A stretch of DNA of 64,000 nt from Armatimonadota bacterium (lineage in GTDB: Bacteria > Armatimonadota > SYMT01). Positions 47,649 to 56,970 of this stretch are shown piece after piece (within the stretch, counting starts at the first letter, position 1; each line of letters starts with the position of its first letter). The notes beneath the pieces were generated by a model. The model had not been told where the DNA came from and ran no database searches. It was given only the letters and a program-made list of their open reading frames with translations. The stretch is taken from positions 70,726 through 134,725 of the forward strand of contig JBKBRF010000015.1 in the NCBI GenBank assembly GCA_046292385.1. The letters are read 5' to 3'. Made by a program: the position numbers and the translations under genes.

Positions 47649-49061
47649 TCAGAAGCGGCGTCCGACCACGGCCTGCCAGGGGAGATCCGGGGCGAGGACC
47701 CGCTCCGGACGGCCCGCCGCCTTCAGGACCGCCTCCGCCGCCAGGTAGCCGCTGCGGACCGCTGCCTCCATCGTGGCGGGCCAATCGTTTCGGACCCAGT
47801 CTCCGGCGAGGAAGAGGTTCCGCACCGGCGTCTCCGTGGTGGGGCGCATGCGATCGATTCCGGGTACCACCGAGTAGGTGGCCCGCGCCTCTTTGATGAC
47901 GGCCGACTTCACCACCCTGGCGCCGGCGGTGCCGGGGAAGGCGTCCCGCACTTCCCGCTCCGCCTCGGCGAGGATGTCGCGGCGCTGGCTGCGGAGCCAG
48001 CCTCGCGAGGCGCTCACCACCAGGCCCATGTAAGTGCCCGCACCCGGCCGGCCGAAGTCCTCGGTCTTGTTGAACATCCAGTGGATCGGTCGATCGAGCA
48101 GCGCCGCGTGCGGAAGCGCGGTGACGGTGCGGTCCCACCAGAGGTGCACGGCGCTGATCGGGGTTGCCTCCATCCCTTCCCACTGGCGGAAGAACGGCTC
48201 GCTCCGCACCGGCTCCGGCAGCAGCTCCGCCACTCCGTCGAACGGGACCGCGCTGACCACGTAGTCCGCCGCGAGGGTGCCGTCCGCCAGCCGCACGCCG
48301 CCGACGCCCCGCTCGCCGACTTCCAACCCCCGCGCGGAGCTCCGGAAATGGACCTCGGCCCCCTTTGCGCGCAGCGCGTCGACACACGGGTCGTATAGCT
48401 CCCGCAGCGGTACGCGCGGCACGCCCATCTCGTAGGCGGTCGGGTGGCCGAGGAAGCCCTGGCGGAAGACCTGGAAGGCGTAGCGGGCGCTGCACCGCTC
48501 CGGCTCCTCATTGAGCGCACTCACCAGGATCGGCCGCCAGAAGCGGGCGATCGCCCGCTTCGTCTGGCGCGTGGAGCGCAGCCAGTCCGACATCGGGGCG
48601 TCCGGCTCCGGAGCGGGGCGGTGGAGCATCGACATGAAGGCGTTGGCAATCGCCCACTTGTCGGCCGGGGAGAGAAACCGCAGGCGGAAGAAGGAGGGCA
48701 TCAGGTGGAAGGGTGCCGGCAGCCGGCTCCCTCCGAGCACCGACACGCGCCCGCCGGGCTCCAGAAACCGGAGCCGGCCGGTCCAGCGGACGCGGTCTTC
48801 CACGCCGGCGTCCCGGTAGAACCGGAGGAGGTTGGTGCAGCAGCGCATCAGCACGTGCTGGCAGTTGTCGACCACCTCGCCGGTCTCCTGGGCTTCGTAG
48901 GACGAGGCGCGGCCGCCGGGGATCGACTTCCGCTCCAGCACCGTGACCCGGAATCCACGGCCGGCCAGCGCGGAAGCGGCGGCGAGGCCTGCCAGGCCCG
49001 CGCCGAGGACTACGACGTGCCGTGCGCCGCTTGCCGGGACACCAGTCTGGACTGCCACCAT
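47649..49061 (-). CDS. hpnE: Hydroxysqualene dehydroxylase (FAD amine-oxidase fold); start approximate
   Basis: GAGLAGL, GGRASS, VDNCQHVLMRCCTN, LAGDW..WPATMEAAVRSG; coupled to the synthase gene. Confidence 0.9.
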   Translation of the reverse strand: MVAVQTGVPASGARHVVVLGAGLAGLAAASALAGRGFRVTVLERKSIPGGRASSYEAQETGEVVDNCQHVLMRCCTNLLRFYRDAGVEDRVRWTGRLRFLEPGGRVSVLGGSRLPAPFHLMPSFFRLRFLSPADKWAIANAFMSMLHRPAPEPDAPMSDWLRSTRQTKRAIARFWRPILVSALNEEPERCSARYAFQVFRQGFLGHPTAYEMGVPRVPLRELYDPCVDALRAKGAEVHFRSSARGLEVGERGVGGVRLADGTLAADYVVSAVPFDGVAELLPEPVRSEPFFRQWEGMEATPISAVHLWWDRTVTALPHAALLDRPIHWMFNKTEDFGRPGAGTYMGLVVSASRGWLRSQRRDILAEAEREVRDAFPGTAGARVVKSAVIKEARATYSVVPGIDRMRPTTETPVRNLFLAGDWVRNDWPATMEAAVRSGYLAAEAVLKAAGRPERVLAPDLPWQAVVGRRF

Positions 49062-49891
49062 GCCTCCGTCGCGATCCACAGCTTCTTCCAGGTCGGCACC
49101 CGCGCGCGCCGGGAGAAGACGTCGTACTCCTGCGCCACGATCCGCTCCAGGATGCCGCCGTAAATCCGCCGCATCGCCCGCAGGCAAGGGCGGCTGTCCG
49201 CATCGACCAGCTCCACCAGCGGCGCCGAGCGGTCGTAGTAGTCGCGCGCTCGCTCTACCTGGAACCGCATCAGCTCCCGGAACGCCGCGTTATCCACCCC
49301 ACCCCGCAGCTCCGCCTCGGTGTAGCCGAAGCGCCGAAGATCTTCCTGCGGCAGGTAGACGCGCCCCATCTCCGCGTCCTCGCGCAGGTCGCGCAGGATG
49401 TTCGTGAGCTGGAACGCGATCCCGTTGCTCTCCGCCAGCTCCAGCGCGCGCCGGTCCGAGAAGCCGAAGACGTGGATGCAGACCAGCCCCACCACCGACG
49501 CCACCAGGTAGCAGTAGCGGTAGGTCTCGTCGAACGTCTCGAAGCGGCGCGGGCGGAGGTCCATCTCCGTCCCGTCGATCACCTCGTGGAAGTAGCGCGC
49601 GGGAATCCCGTAGCGCCGCACGGCGTCGTGGAACGCCGGAAAGACGGGGCTCTCGCCGTAATCTCCGGAAAGGGCGCGATCCAGCTCCCCGCGCCACTCC
49701 GCCATCCGCTTCGCCGCCTGCTCGCCGCCGTCATCGGAGACGTCGTCCGAGTAGCGCATGAAGGCGTAGATGGCGCACATGGCCGCCCGCTTCGGCGCCG
49801 GGAGGCAGAGGAACGAGTAGTAGAAGTTCCGCGCCTCCGTGCGGGCAACCTGAATGCAGTGGCGGTAGCTCTCGTCGACAGAGTAAGGCAT
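49010..49891 (-). CDS. hpnD: Squalene/phytoene synthase family (presqualene-PP synthase-like)
   Basis: ARNFYYSF, YAFMRYSDDVSD, YCYLVASVVG, FQLTNILRDLRED..GRVYLP. Confidence 0.85.
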   Translation of the reverse strand: MPYSVDESYRHCIQVARTEARNFYYSFLCLPAPKRAAMCAIYAFMRYSDDVSDDGGEQAAKRMAEWRGELDRALSGDYGESPVFPAFHDAVRRYGIPARYFHEVIDGTEMDLRPRRFETFDETYRYCYLVASVVGLVCIHVFGFSDRRALELAESNGIAFQLTNILRDLREDAEMGRVYLPQEDLRRFGYTEAELRGGVDNAAFRELMRFQVERARDYYDRSAPLVELVDADSRPCLRAMRRIYGGILERIVAQEYDVFSRRARVPTWKKLWIATEAWWQSRLVSRQAAHGTS

Positions 49892-50342
49892 CGGCGGGGA
49901 TCTGCGCGGAAAGCACGCGCCGCGGGACCGGAAATCGTATCGCAGATCGGCTGTGGCGGCGGGATGCCAGCGATCTCGTGGCTTACGGGTCTCGCGGTAT
50001 CCATCCGGGTAGTTGCCACGGCTCGGGTGTGGACCGTCACCGCGAAAAGCACGCGACATCTCGCTTGCTCCCAACGACCTACACCGCAATACCTTGAAAG
50101 GGCGAGACTTCGGCGACATTCCCCTGTCGGGGAAACGGTGGCAAGTGTCACACGCGATACGGTCAGTGCACCCGGGGCGCAGCGTAGGTTCTGCCGGTGA
50201 GGACGAGCGGCCCCTCACGTGCCCCTACCCCAATCATCCTGAGCCGCAGGCACGGCGCAGGCCGGCCACCCCTGAAGAAACGGGATGGTCGCCCCACCGA
50301 GCACGGTCCTCCACTCCGATCGAGGTGCCTTTCACCGAATTT

Positions 50343-50724
50343 GTCATTCTGAACGCAGTGAAGAATCTCGGCAGCCGTGTTGGTCCGGAGCACGCATTCC
50401 CGTGACGAGGGATCGGCCTGGCGGGGCGCTCCCGAACGCAGGGCTCATCGTGCTCCCCGAGACTTGAGTGACGTAGATCCTTCCCTGCGGTCAGGATGAC
50501 CACCGGGGGCGGAGCTGTGCTCACGCTGGGTTGACGCCGCTCCGATGGCGCTGGCTCGCGGCGGGAGTTTCTTGAGAACGTCAGTGAAGGATCTCGGCAG
50601 CCGGAAGGGAACGGAGTACGCAGGCGGGTGACGCGGACTCTGCTGCCGGTACCCTTCCACGCGCGAGGCCTCCCGCTCCGGCGCGAAGTAGGCGACGTAG
50701 ATCCTTCAGTGCCTTCAGGATGAC
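50343..50724. repeat. REP-like GTCAT(C/T)CTGA..GAAG(G/A)ATCT repeats in alternating orientation
   Basis: Forward 50343-50368, reverse 50475-50500, partial forward ~50581-50603, reverse 50699-50724. Confidence 0.8.
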
Positions 50725-51052
50725 TGGGGTGGGAAATCGAAGGCGGCCGAGCTATTCACGCCCTTCCCGAGCCCCGGACGGCGGCAAATCTCGCCTGCGC
50801 CACCGGCGGCGTAACTTGACAGCGCGCGATACTTGCCACCGCACTCCACATCCCATACCGGAAGCCGAATCCCTTACGCCGAAAGGAACTACTCGCTCGG
50901 TTCGGTATCTGGAGTGCGAATGCTTGCCTCCAGTACGGGGGGCTTGCTTTCGCGCCCCGCACTAGCGGGGCTCCCGCGGTCGTCCCCCACGTCACTAAAT
51001 GTAGAGTGCGTCGTTCGTGCGACGAAGGCAACTCGCGGCAGCCGGTCGCGAG

Positions 51053-52453
51053 TTACGCCCCGCCCCCGTCTCGCGCGGCGTAGAGGCGCTCGACGGCATC
51101 CTTGATCGCCTGTCCTTCCAGGCTCGGCTCCGCGGCGACGAGCGCCCGGACCTCTTCCGGCGTGCGGCGCTTCAGCGGCCACGGCTCCAGGCGGCTCATC
51201 CGGAGCGCCAGGCGGGCGGCGACTGCGGCGGCTTCGCGGAGGTCGTTCAGGACCACCTTGTCCAGCGTGTCGTGGGCGGTGTGGTCGTAGCCCCGGCCGG
51301 TGTTGGCGGCGTGCGGGTCCCCCATCATGGCGGTGGGAACGCCGGACTGGAAAAACGGAAAGTGGTCCGAGAAGGCGCTGGTCCGCTGCCCCACCGGCAG
51401 CTCTACCGCCATCTCCTTCTCCCACTCGCGGAAGACCGGATCGAGCTCCGGCCAGCGGTTGACCACCAGCCCCTTCCGGTTCGCGCCGCCGGCGGCATCC
51501 AGGTTGAGCATGAACCGGATGCGGTCCAGCTCGTCCGCGTGCTGCGTGACGTAGCGCCAGGCGCCGATCAGGCCGGTCTCCTCGACTCCGAACTCCACGA
51601 AGCGAATCCCGCAGCCGACCGCCTGCGCCGCGTGCTGCGCCAGGACGCGCGCGGCCTCCAGCACGGCAACCGAGCCCGAGGCGGGGTCGTGCGCGCCCTG
51701 GGCGATGTCGTGGCCGTCGTAATGGCAGCCGACCAGCACCCACTCGTCGGGGTGGGTCCGGCCGGGGAGCTCCCCGACCACGTTCCAGGAGGTCGCCTTC
51801 CGGCTGCGATCGGTCGTCTCCACCCGCAGCGTCAGCGGCCCGTACCGTCGCTCCAGCCGGAGCAGCAGCTCGCCCGCCTCTTTCCCGATCGAGACGCCGG
51901 GGATCAGCGCCTCGCGGTCGCTCGCGATGCTGCCGGTCTCCGGGCCGTAGCCGGGATACTGGCTCATGTAGAGGAAGACCGCGGCTCCGCCCAGGACCGA
52001 GCGCTGGTACTTCTCGGAGCGGTGAATGGTGCGCCCTACCCCGCGCGGCGGCGTGGTGCCGACCATCGCCACCGCTCCGGTGAGCCGGCCGGCGACCGCC
52101 TCGAACTCGGCCGGCGCGCCGTCGCCGACCCAGACGAGCGGCGCTTCGACTACCGCGGGAGGGCACATCGGCAGCGAGATACAGGGGAGCTCCCGCTCCA
52201 CCGGCGTAATCACGCGCAGCGAAGCCGGCCCCCGCTCCCAGCCGACGTAGTCGAACGGCTCGCGCCGCACGTTCGCCAGGCCGTACTCCGCCAGCTTCCG
52301 CTCGAACAGCTCCGCCGCCAGCCGCTCCCCCTCCGATCCGGCCCAGCGCGATCCGAAGTCGTCGCAGAGCACCTCCAGGTTATCCATCACCTCTCGCGAG
52401 GTGTAGATGTCGCCGACGAGGGCGCGGTCGATGGAGAGCAGCGGATTCGGCAT
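51053..52453 (-). CDS. M28 family aminopeptidase with PA domain
   Basis: GCHYDGH, GAHDPASG, FGVEETGLIG, LNLD, SDHFPF, HTAHDTLDK. Confidence 0.9.
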   Translation of the reverse strand: MPNPLLSIDRALVGDIYTSREVMDNLEVLCDDFGSRWAGSEGERLAAELFERKLAEYGLANVRREPFDYVGWERGPASLRVITPVERELPCISLPMCPPAVVEAPLVWVGDGAPAEFEAVAGRLTGAVAMVGTTPPRGVGRTIHRSEKYQRSVLGGAAVFLYMSQYPGYGPETGSIASDREALIPGVSIGKEAGELLLRLERRYGPLTLRVETTDRSRKATSWNVVGELPGRTHPDEWVLVGCHYDGHDIAQGAHDPASGSVAVLEAARVLAQHAAQAVGCGIRFVEFGVEETGLIGAWRYVTQHADELDRIRFMLNLDAAGGANRKGLVVNRWPELDPVFREWEKEMAVELPVGQRTSAFSDHFPFFQSGVPTAMMGDPHAANTGRGYDHTAHDTLDKVVLNDLREAAAVAARLALRMSRLEPWPLKRRTPEEVRALVAAEPSLEGQAIKDAVERLYAARDGGGA

Positions 52454-52524
52454 ACGGTTCCGGTTTGCGGAGTGGAAGAGCGGGTTCGGAGGCCGACCCC
52501 TGATCCCCGGCCCCTGTTCCCTGG

Positions 52525-53181
52525 TTACAGCTCGCGGATCTCGATGTTGCGGAAGTCGACCGGGTCGCCGTGGCTCGGGAAGCCGATCAGCCCCTTGCGC
52601 GTGCGCTTCGCGAGCGGGAGGGTGCCCTTGCCGAACGAGTTCCCGAAGTCGTCCAGGTTGACGTCGTGGATCTTGACGCCGTTCAGGTGGATCACCAGGT
52701 GCGGGCCCTGCGCGCGGATCACGTACTGGTTCCACTCCCCCGCCGGCTTGTGCGCCCGCTCCAGCGGGGCCGCGTGGGTGTAGATCGAGCCGTTGCGGTG
52801 GTCCGGCTTGAGGTTGGCGTAGCGCGGAGAATCGTCGTCCAGGATCTGGATCTCCATGCCGTCCGTGGAGGGCCAGCCGCCGCGGGGGAACCGGATGCCG
52901 ACCCCGGTATTCCCGTGCGTCGGCACCCGGTACTCCAGCCGCAGCTCGAAGTCGCCGTACTCCTTCTCGGTAGCCAGGCAGCCGCCGCCGCGTCCGGTGC
53001 AGGTGATCATCTCCCCGTTCGCCTTCCACTTGGAGAGGTCACCCTGCACGGCGTGCCAGCCGGAAAGGTCCTTGCCGTTGTAGAGGCGCTGCCAGCCCTC
53101 CTCCGCAGCGGTGGCCGCGAAGGAGAAGAGGCAGCAGCCGGCCGCCGAGGCGGCCGAGGTGAGGAAGTGGCGGCGGTTCAT
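52525..53181 (-). CDS. DUF1080 (3-keto-disaccharide hydrolase family), Tat signal
   Basis: MNRRHFL, LYNGKDLSGW, EYGDFELRLEY, GMEIQILDD, FRNIEIREL. Confidence 0.92.
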   Translation of the reverse strand: MNRRHFLTSAASAAGCCLFSFAATAAEEGWQRLYNGKDLSGWHAVQGDLSKWKANGEMITCTGRGGGCLATEKEYGDFELRLEYRVPTHGNTGVGIRFPRGGWPSTDGMEIQILDDDSPRYANLKPDHRNGSIYTHAAPLERAHKPAGEWNQYVIRAQGPHLVIHLNGVKIHDVNLDDFGNSFGKGTLPLAKRTRKGLIGFPSHGDPVDFRNIEIREL

Positions 53182-53192
53182 GCGGAGTCTCT

Positions 53193-53846
53193 CTAAAGCT
53201 CGCGGATCTCGATGTTTCGGAAGTCGACGCGGTCGCCGTGGCTCTGCAGGCCGACGTGGCCGCGGCGCGGGCGCTCGGCGAGCGGCTTGTGCCCCCCCTC
53301 GCCCTTGGTGAACTCTTCCACGTTGATCTTCTGGATCTCTTTGCCGTTGAGCCGGACGGTGATGTTCGGGCCCTGCGCACGGATGACGTACCGGTTCCAC
53401 TCGCCGGGAGCCTTGGACGCCTTCTCCTTCGCCGCGGACTGGTAGTAGATGCCGCCGTTGTACTGGGCCGGCTGCAGGTCCTTGTACTGTGGAGCGGCGT
53501 CGTCCAGGATCTGGATCTCCATACCAACGTGGGCGGGATCGCCCTGGGCCGGGTAGCGGATACCGACACCGCTATTGCCGCCGGGGCCGATCCGGTACTC
53601 CAGGCGGAGAATGAAGTCGCCGTACTCCTTGTCGGAAGTCAGCCAGCCGCCGCCGGGCGCCACGCAGGAGAGCAGCTCCCCATTCGCCTGCCACGCTTCC
53701 AGCTTGCCGTCCTTCGCGTGCCAGCCGGAGAGATCCTTGCCGTTGTAGAGCTTGGTAAACCCGCGGCCCTCCTGGGCGTTCGCAGCGCCGAAGCCGGCGG
53801 CAAGCAGCAAGCCGGCCGCGCCGGCGAGGAAGAATCGTCGTTCCAT
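53193..53846 (-). CDS. DUF1080 family paralogue, Tat-like signal
   Basis: MERRFFL, LYNGKDLSGW, GNSGV, GHVGLQSH, FRNIEIREL. Confidence 0.92.
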   Translation of the reverse strand: MERRFFLAGAAGLLLAAGFGAANAQEGRGFTKLYNGKDLSGWHAKDGKLEAWQANGELLSCVAPGGGWLTSDKEYGDFILRLEYRIGPGGNSGVGIRYPAQGDPAHVGMEIQILDDAAPQYKDLQPAQYNGGIYYQSAAKEKASKAPGEWNRYVIRAQGPNITVRLNGKEIQKINVEEFTKGEGGHKPLAERPRRGHVGLQSHGDRVDFRNIEIREL

Positions 53847-54187
53847 TCAGGCTCCACTCCAGATCGGGCGCACTACTGCGCGGAGAGTCTTTCCGCGCGA
53901 ACGGCGGTTTTCCCTGTTTGGAGAGTCGATTGAGGAGGATGGGCCGCTTCGGCGGGGATGGCGTATTCCGTATTCCGTATTGCGTAGCGGCGGGCTCACA
54001 CCGCTTCGCGGGAAATCCTGCCGGGCGAGGCGCTGTCTCCGGGCCTCTCACCGCCGCCAGAGACTGGTTGAACCCGGCGGCACGCCCGCGGCCCGGCGGT
54101 GTTCGCGCAGGGACTCCCGCCCCGCGTCTCCAACGGGGCTACCACTGCGGATCGCCAGGAGCGCCCAGGCAGCAGGAGGACAGGACG

Positions 54188-54610
54188 ATGCTCATTACTA
54201 CCAGGAGAAAAGCGAGACTGCCGCGCGGGCTCAGTTATCCCGTGGGCGCGGAGATCGTGTCGTCAGCCCTGGAGGGCGTTCCGCAGTATCAGGACCTCTA
54301 TCTCTGGTTCGATCGCCCAACCTCGCTCGCCAGAAGCACGGACTGGTCCTCGGGTCCCTTTCCACTCCTGACCACGAGCTACTATCCAGACCCGTATTTC
54401 GACCGCCGCTGGAGCGTGAGTATCTGGGCTGTCCCGTGTGCCTGGAATTGCCGGGCGCGCCAGGCGCTGGTAGCGGAAGGACTGCCCCGGCTGCGATTCT
54501 GGTTGACCGGGGAGCACCCGCCCATCTGGTTCGAGAGCAGCAAGCACCTGCGGATCCACTACGATGAGCTCACCGAGTGCCTGACGTTCACCGAAGACGG
54601 TCGGCCCTGA
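54188..54610 (+). CDS. Hypothetical protein
   Basis: GGAGG RBS, protein-like composition (LPRGLSYPVGAE...). Confidence 0.6.
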   Translation: MLITTRRKARLPRGLSYPVGAEIVSSALEGVPQYQDLYLWFDRPTSLARSTDWSSGPFPLLTTSYYPDPYFDRRWSVSIWAVPCAWNCRARQALVAEGLPRLRFWLTGEHPPIWFESSKHLRIHYDELTECLTFTEDGRP

Positions 54611-54764
54611 GCCGGGCGAGTCACCACCATTCAGCGCCTCGCCCGGCAGGATTAGCCGTCAAGCGAGAGCAGCGCCTCGCTGCGGAATACGCACTACTCG
54701 ATACGCACCCATCCGCCGAAGTGCCGCGCGCCCGGTCCACGCCAGCCAACCCGGAAAGAGCAGC

Positions 54765-55442
54765 TTACGTCTTCCGCAAGATCCCCAGCGGCGTCTGCTC
54801 CGCGCCCTGGCCGAGGGGGTTGTCCTTGAGCGCGAGCCGAACCTCTTCCGGGTCGACGTCCCGGGACTGGCCGAGGACGGCGCTGTCGATGTCGTTCACG
54901 TCGACCACGGCGGCGTGGCAGCCGAGGGCGTCCGCGATGCGCTGCGACACCTGGTCCGGGTCCTTGGGGCCCTTGATGACGCAGTCGCGGAACTGCTCGA
55001 TGCCGGCGGTGCCGGGCGCGTCGATGGCGGCGGCCTGCACGCCGGCGATGCGGTAGAAGTCCCCGCGCCGCCCCAGGAGCTTGCCGACCGCCCCCGCGGC
55101 GGCGGCGAGCAGGATGCGGGGCGCGCCGCACTCGTCGATGGCGCACTGCATGCTGTACGGATTGCGCAGCCCGATGCCGTACGGCACCTGCCGCACGAAC
55201 GGCCACAGCTTGCTCGCCAGCCAGCTCACGCGGATCCGGTCGGTCGGCACGGCGCGGCCCTGCGTGATGGCGACCACCTTCTCGCTGACGAAGACGATGT
55301 CTCCCGGCTGGGCCTGCGGTCCGGCGTAGCGGCGGGCTACCTCTACGATGTCGTCTTCCGGCTGGATGACGTGGGTCTTCAGCGGGATCCGCAGGTAGCT
55401 GCGGCCTGATACGTCGATCGTCGGTGACTTCGTCTTAGCCAT
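54765..55442 (-). CDS. Coenzyme F420:glutamate ligase (CofE)-like family protein
   Basis: LKTHVI, GDIVFVSEKVVAITQG, AVVDVND, NPLGQGAEQTP. Confidence 0.75.
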   Translation of the reverse strand: MAKTKSPTIDVSGRSYLRIPLKTHVIQPEDDIVEVARRYAGPQAQPGDIVFVSEKVVAITQGRAVPTDRIRVSWLASKLWPFVRQVPYGIGLRNPYSMQCAIDECGAPRILLAAAAGAVGKLLGRRGDFYRIAGVQAAAIDAPGTAGIEQFRDCVIKGPKDPDQVSQRIADALGCHAAVVDVNDIDSAVLGQSRDVDPEEVRLALKDNPLGQGAEQTPLGILRKT

Positions 55443-56970
55443 TGGTCCGTCTTCGCTGCCCGCCCATGGCGCCGCGTCCGCGCGGTCCACCCGCGCCGCC
55501 GCCCCTCGTGCCACCCTGGGTGCCTCCGCGCCCGCCGCCCTGGCCGCTACCGCCCCGGCCGCCGCCCTGACCTCCACCACCGCGGTAGTCTCCCTGGCTG
55601 CCACCGCCGCGGTAGTCTCCCTGGCTGCCACCGCCGCGGTAGTCTCCCTGGCTGCCTCGGCCGCGGTTGTCACCCTGGCTACCTTGGCCCCAGCTGCCAC
55701 CCTGGTTGCCTCCGCGGTTGCCGCCCTGGCGGCCGCCAGCGCCCCAGGCGCCACCCTGGGCGCCTCCACGGCTGCCGCCCTGGCTGCCACCACCCCAGCT
55801 GCCTCCGCGGTTCTGATCCTGGCTGCCACCGCCCCGGGTGCCGTCGCGGTTGCCATCCTGGCTGCCACCACCCCAGCTGCCGCCCTGGCTACCGCCACCC
55901 CGGGTGCCGCCACCCCAGGTGCCGCCCTGGCTACCGCCACCTCGGCTGCCACCGGGCCGCGGCCCGGTGGGCCGACCACCGGCGGCGCTGCCGCGGCCGC
56001 CGCCCGCCCGTGGTCCGCCTCCCCGGCGGCCGCGGCCGCGGGGGTCATCCTCCCGCGGGCTCCGCAGCTTCAGGTCGGCGGCTCGGCCAAGGCGCTCTTC
56101 CTCGCGGCGGCTGTGCACCGGTCTCCGCGGCGCTGCCGCTTCCTCCGGCTCCGGCGATGTCGCCACCTCCATCAGGGCTTCCACCTCCTGCGGCAGGAGG
56201 AAGCGCCATTGTCCGACCTTCAGGCGACCACCCCGCACCGGGCCGATCGAGATGCGGGTGAGGCGGGTGACCGGATGGCCCACCACGTGGAGCATGCGCC
56301 GCACCTGCTGGTTGCGGCCTTCCCGCAGCTCGATCTCGACCTTCGCCACGTTCCGGCCCCGGTCGGCGCGGACCACGCGCACTCGCGCGGGAGCGGTCCG
56401 GCGACCGAAGAGCGGGATCCCTTCCCGCAGCTTCGCCAGCGCCTCCTGGTCGGGAATCCCACGTACTTCCGCCACGTAGAGCTTCGGGACCCGGTGGCGA
56501 GGGTGCGTGACGGCGTGGGTAAAGGCGCCGTCGTTGGTCAGGATCAGCAGGCCTTCGGTCTGCGTGTCGAGCCGGCCGACCGGGTGCAGCCCCTCCAGCG
56601 AGGGATCGCCCTTCCCCAGACGCGCCTCCAGCGAGGGCCTCACCAGGTCCATCACGGTCTGCGTCGCGTGACGGTCCTCACGCGTGGTGACGTAGCCGGT
56701 CGGCTTGTATAGAAGCACGTAGAGGCGCGGTACCGCTTTCGGCACGCGCCTCCCGTCTACTACGATGTCGTCCTGCTCCGGGTTGACCTTCTGGCCCAGC
56801 TCCCGGACGACTTTGCCGTTAACTGTAACTTTCCCAGTCGTAATCAGCTGTTCGGCGTCGCGCCGCGACGCCACGCCGGCGGCGGCGAGTACTTTTTGCA
56901 GCCGTTCCGGATGCTCCGGGACTGCTTCCGGCCGCCCGGCGGGCGGCTCTTGATGCGATCGATCTTGCAT
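55435..56970 (-). CDS. rluB: 23S rRNA pseudouridine synthase (RluB/RsuA family) with Gly-rich C-tail; start may be GTG ~56922
   Basis: S4 domain ERLQKVLAAAGVASRR, YKPTGYVTT, VGRLD..TEGLLILTND, EGRNQQVRRM; linked to scpAB. Confidence 0.92.
   Translation of the reverse strand: MQDRSHQEPPAGRPEAVPEHPERLQKVLAAAGVASRRDAEQLITTGKVTVNGKVVRELGQKVNPEQDDIVVDGRRVPKAVPRLYVLLYKPTGYVTTREDRHATQTVMDLVRPSLEARLGKGDPSLEGLHPVGRLDTQTEGLLILTNDGAFTHAVTHPRHRVPKLYVAEVRGIPDQEALAKLREGIPLFGRRTAPARVRVVRADRGRNVAKVEIELREGRNQQVRRMLHVVGHPVTRLTRISIGPVRGGRLKVGQWRFLLPQEVEALMEVATSPEPEEAAAPRRPVHSRREEERLGRAADLKLRSPREDDPRGRGRRGGGPRAGGGRGSAAGGRPTGPRPGGSRGGGSQGGTWGGGTRGGGSQGGSWGGGSQDGNRDGTRGGGSQDQNRGGSWGGGSQGGSRGGAQGGAWGAGGRQGGNRGGNQGGSWGQGSQGDNRGRGSQGDYRGGGSQGDYRGGGSQGDYRGGGGQGGGRGGSGQGGGRGGTQGGTRGGGAGGPRGRGAMGGQRRRTNG

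Noticed and set aside
49892..51052. Riboswitch/ncRNA or missing hpnC upstream of hpnD
   Set aside because: 1.1-kb spacer with REP-like repeats, but no RNA family motif I can recognise and no credible ORF; an Rfam/Infernal search is needed
54765..56048. 427-aa Ala-rich N-terminal extension of the CofE-like ORF
   Set aside because: The extension is the alternate frame of the rluB Gly-rich tail; the likely start is ATG 55442
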